A stretch of DNA of 64,000 bases from NCBI RefSeq assembly GCF_963921235.1, contig NC_086097.1:159590001-159654000 (forward strand), read 5' to 3'. The position numbers and the translations under genes are program-made. Position 1 is the first letter of the stretch. Each line of letters begins with the position of its first letter. Source of the stretch: Mobula hypostoma. Taxonomy: Eukaryota. The notes under the pieces were generated by a model. The model made no database searches. It was not told the DNA's origin and saw only the letters and a program-made list of their open reading frames with translations. Of this stretch, positions 59,522 through 64,000 are shown piece after piece.

Positions 59522-61235
59522 TATGAACTCAACTCATTCAATGCCATTTTGAAAGGGAGAATAGAACTACAGCTGTGAAGATCCCTGCAGCACCTGATGA
59601 CCCTGTGATCTCTGTCTCAGAGGCTGATGTTAGACTGTCTTTAAAGAGAGTGAACCCTTGCAAGGTGGAAGATCCCGATGGAGGGCAATACCTGATAAGG
59701 CTCTGAAAACCTGTGTCAACCAACTAGCGGGAGTATTCAAGGTCATTTTCAACTTCTCACTACTACAGGAGGGAGTTCCTAATTGCTTCAAAAAGGTAAC
59801 AATTATACCAGTGCCTGAGAAGGATAACGTGAGCTGCCTTAATGACTATCGCCTGGTAGCACTCACATTGACAGTGATGAAATGCTTTGAGAGGTTGGTC
59901 ATGACTAGACTGAATTCCTGTCTCAGCAAGGATCTGGACGCATTGCAATTTGCCTATCGCCACAATAGGTCAATGGCAGACGCAATCTCAATGGCTCTCC
60001 ACACAGCTTTAGACCAGCTGGACAACACAAACACCTATGTCAGGACGCTGTTCATCAACTATAGCTCAGCATTTAATACCGTCATTCCCACAATTCTGAC
60101 TGAGAAGTTGTAGAACCTGGGCCTCTGGAGCTCCCTCTGCAATTGGATCCTTGACTTCCTAATCAGAAGACCACAATCTGAGTGTATCGGTGATAACATA
60201 TCCTCCTCAATGACGATCAACACTGGCACACCTCAGGGGTGTGTGCTTAGCCCACTGTTCTACTCTCTATATACACATGACTGTGTTACTAGGCATAGCT
60301 CAAATACCAGCTATAAGTTTGCTAATGATACAACCATCGTTGGTAGAATCTCAGGTGGTGACAAGAGGGCGTACAGGAGTGAGATATGCCAACTAATGAA
60401 GTGATGTCACAGCAACAACCTGGCACTCACTGTCAGTAAGACGAAAGAGCTGATTGTGGACTTCAGGAAGGGTAAGACGAAGGAACACATACCAATCCTC
60501 ATAGAGGGATCAGGAGTGGAGAGAGTGAGCAGTTTCAAGTTCCTGGGTGTCAAGATCTCTGAGGATCTAACCTAGTTCCAACATATTGATGCAGCTATAA
60601 AGGAGAGACACCAGTGGCTTTATTTCATTCGGAGTTTGAAGAGATTTGGCATGTAAATAAATACATTCAAAAATTTCCATAGTTGTACCATGAAGAGCAC
60701 TCTGACAGGCTGCATCACTGTCTGGTATGGGCCGGCCACTGCCCAGGACAGAGAGAAGCTGCAGAGGGTTGTAAATCTAGTCAGCTCCATCTTAGGTACT
60801 AGTCTGCTATGTACCCAGGACATCTTCAGGGAGTGGTGTCTCAGAAAGGCAGTGTCAGATATTAAGGACCTCCAGCACCCCAGGGCATGCCCTTTTCTCA
60901 CTGTTTCCATCAAGTAGGAGGTACAGAAGCCTGAAGGCACACACTCAGTGATTCAGGAACAGATTCTTTCCCTCTGCCATCGGAATCCTAAATGGACATT
61001 GAACACTTGGACACTACCTCACTTTTTTAATATACGGTATTTCTGTATTTGCACGTTTTGAAATCTATACAGTATACTGTAATTGATTTACTTATTTATT
61101 ATTATTATTTTATTTTATTTATTATTATTGCTTTCTCTTCTATATTATGTATTGCATTGAACTGCTGCTGCTAAGTTAACAAATTTCACGTCACTTGCCG
61201 GTGATAATAAACCTGAGACTGATTCTGATTCTGAT
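59522..61235 (+). mobile_element. 5'-truncated Rex1/Babar LINE (RT region), nested in an older Rex 3' fragment
   Basis: '[19 protein letters not shown]', 'LQFAYR', 'SSAFNT', '[10 protein letters not shown]', 'YKFANDT'. (GATTCT)n tail. Confidence 0.92.
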
Positions 61236-62468
61236 TTGTTTAGTAGGCATGCAAACAGAATTTTTTCACTACGTCTCAGTACATGTGACATTAATAAGCC
61301 AATTAACAATTTGTTTGATTGAAGTCTAAATATAGAAGCTGAGGTTTCTACAGGTACCTATTTCTTGTGCTCTCTCATTCACACTGCCATGGCATATAAC
61401 ATCAGTACCTGAATCTAACTTGACTTTTTACCCAATTATGAAAATATCTTGAAGGATATCATACCTTCAAAACCTCACTGCCAGTGTGTCTGATTTGATT
61501 GGCATGGTTGGCAATTCAAGATTCAAATGGGGTAAGAACATGAAAATGTGAAATTTTACAAAAAGGTTAAGCAACATTGATTTGGAAGGTGAATTGTTCA
61601 AACTGCTTATTAGGTATGTTACATTGCCTGTTTTGTATCTTTTCTGTATCCAGGCCAATTAAGTGCAGCCTGAGGTTGGTACAAGTCAATGTGTGCTTTT
61701 GATTTAGAACTGATTACATCCGTTTCTGGATGTGATGGGCCTGTGGACTTCTGTGCTCTTTCCATTGGAGTTTATCAGTGCTCATCCCTGAGAAAATATC
61801 AAATGCATCTGTGGGCACTTTCGCAATTGGAAACTCATTCTTGAGTAGTTCAAGTGAAGATCGACATGCTGTTAGTGTTCAAAAATAATCTGAAGTACTG
61901 TAACAGAATAGCAGTGCAAGGAGGCTGAATTTGTTGTTTTCTTGCTACCATAAATTGAACATTTGAAGGAATGAACTGTGGCATTATTCTGTGATTTAGG
62001 GATTTTGATGTGTAACCCTTTGTCTACAACTTCATGTTCAATAGATCGGCACCTTTGCTCTGTAAGACACAACTAAGAAACTAAAATGATCAGTGATATT
62101 TCTCTTTAATGAGTGGTTTAGAAGACACAATATGGGAGAAAACCACGGAGTCAGGTGCCAAATTTAATATATTTTTCTTCCCTTCTGGATTCCTTTACAT
62201 AGGGAATTCTGACTCTCCCATAGGTACAGTAGTTGGATCTTTAAAAGCCTCAAATAGCTGAAAAAATGCTTATTCACCAATGGCTTCAATTAATATCTGG
62301 TTTCTAAAACACAGGGACTCATTGAAGAGAACAGAAGATTTTTTAATACCTCTTTCAAGCATCCCAAAGAGCTCTACTGTCAATGAGGTGCATTCACTAT
62401 TGCAATGAAGAAAGTATTGTCCCAAATTTGTACACAACAAGCTCCAATGAGAAAGAATGTGAACAATT

Positions 62469-62972
62469 CACTCAGCGGCTATGTTATTTACCTCCTGTAC
62501 CTAATAAAGTAGGCACTGAGTGTATGTTTGTGGTCTGTAGCCTATCCACTTCAAGGCTCAATATGCTGTGCATTCAGAGATGCTCTTCTGCACACCACTG
62601 TTGTAACGTGTTTATTTGAGTTACTTCAGCTTGATCCAATCTGCCATTTTCTTCTGACCTCTCTCATTAACAAGGCATTTTCGTCCACAGAAGTAACACT
62701 CACTGGATGTTATTTTTTTTCATCTTTTTGCACCGTTTTCTGTAAACTCTAGAGACTCTAGTGTGTGAAAATCCCAGGAGATCAGTAATTTCTAAGATAA
62801 TCAAATCATACCGTCTGGCACCAACAATCAATCCACGGTCAAAGTCACTTAGATCACATTTCTCCCACATTCTGATATTTGGTCCGTAAAATAACTGTCC
62901 TTTTGACTATGTCTGCATGCATTTATGTTTTGAGTTGCTGACACATGATTGGTTGATTAGATATTTGAGTGT
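62469..62972 (-). mobile_element. Tc1-like non-autonomous element
   Basis: Colinear with 41356-41850. CACTCAG...GAGTG-TA ends. Confidence 0.8.
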
Positions 62973-63046
62973 ACACTATAATTTGTCAACAATAGATGTA
63001 TGAACTTCGGCAAAATCTACCCAGTTCTTAATAATTCTTAATATAA

Positions 63047-63869
63047 ATAGATAGATAGATATACTTTATTAATAGCGAGGAAAATTTGGTTTAGTTACAG
63101 CTGCACCAACCAAGAATAGAGCGTAAGTATAGCAATACAAAAACCCCAACAATCAAACAACAAAATGCAAACTATGCCAGATGGAAAGTAAGTCCAGGGC
63201 CAGTCTATTAGCTCAGGGTGTCTGACCATCCATGGGAGGAGCTGCACGTTCGATGGCCACAGACAGGAACAACCTCCCGTGCCGCCAAGTGTTGTATCAC
63301 GGTGGAATGTGTCCGAAGTCCAACAGTTAAAAGTTCAATATCCAGTCTGCAAACATGTTCCTCGATCATAATATGCCCTGGATTGCGCCATCTGTTGTTA
63401 ACCAGATCAGTAAGTACCCAACTCCTTTACGTTTACTGCTCTCAGTGCACTTCCGGTCAGCCGGAACGGTATTACCCACCGAACTCCTTTTCTCCAGAAG
63501 TCTCTGTTGTCTTGTCCTGGTCCTCTTTCCTCGGCTTTGTGATCCCTCTCTGCATCTTCTGCGTGTTTTCCTCCGGCTTTCAGCAGGGGTGTCCGCCGCT
63601 CTGCTCGCTAAACCGGCCTGTATTTGCTGGTCCATGGAATACACAATGTGATCTTGCTTCTGTCCTGCGTGTCAGGATGTAACCATTTCCAGTGCTAAAG
63701 AAAACCCAAATAAAACTCTCTCTACCAGCATGTTAGAGAGGGTGCAGCTTCGACGTGTTACCGTGAGAGAAAAAAAAATACAAAAAATAACATAAATTAA
63801 AAAGTAAGAAGAAGAAAGTAAGAATTGATCGGAACGGCTGTACCAGGCTGCATGCACGACCGGCGCTTG
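63047..63869 (-). mobile_element. Internally deleted (~820 bp) Rex1/Babar derivative
   Basis: A 5' UTR, a basic N-terminus, APE scraps ('ADRKCTESSKRKG', 'LVNNRW.NPGHI', 'DIELL.VGLR') and a C-terminal scrap. Ends AATAAAG with a (TATC)n tail. Confidence 0.82.
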
Positions 63870-64000
63870 TTCATAATATGAACAAGCAATGAAAATCTCG
63901 ACATACTTCGATGTCAGCAAAATTAAAATGGCTCCTGGTTTTAACTGTGTATTATTCCAGGCAGGCAGTGAGGTCATTTGATGAAATCGCATCGTTCAGA

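Noticed and set aside
1..64000. Prokaryotic systems (CRISPR arrays, retrons, DGRs, operons), rRNA or genuine tRNA genes
   Set aside because: There are no spacer-repeat arrays or operon structure. All RTs are eukaryotic LINE, LTR or Penelope types, and the tRNA-like boxes are SINE heads without full cloverleafs.

Overview
This is eukaryotic, repeat-dominated DNA, not a prokaryotic locus. The repeat mix suggests a cartilaginous fish, probably a ray (inference): CR1/HER1-type LINEs, Rex1/Babar LINEs, Penelope-like GIY-YIG retroelements, V-, CORE- and Deu-type SINEs, and Tc1 and hAT MITEs. Roughly two thirds of the window is recognisably transposon-derived. I could not identify a host protein-coding exon, so the window is probably intronic or intergenic. 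Main contents: (1) a full-length single-ORF Rex1/Babar LINE broken by four TGA stops and one frameshift (1810-5440); (2) a Gypsy element nested inside another Gypsy (9765-15825); (3) two solo LTRs; (4) a nearly intact CR1 ORF2 (21250-24142); (5) an RNase H-bearing I/Nimb-type LINE fragment with a 13-bp TSD; (6) several Penelope-like elements carrying minimal hammerhead ribozyme motifs, one with an inverted terminal duplication and a 15-bp TSD (55905-58313); (7) two short non-autonomous LINE derivatives (38636-39317, 63047-63869). The most notable cross-cutting patterns are the hammerhead cores, a shared inversion breakpoint in two Penelope copies, and fold-back hairpins at the 5' junctions of three separate retroelement insertions. 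Family names come from motif recognition, not database searches, and the boundaries of degenerate copies are approximate.
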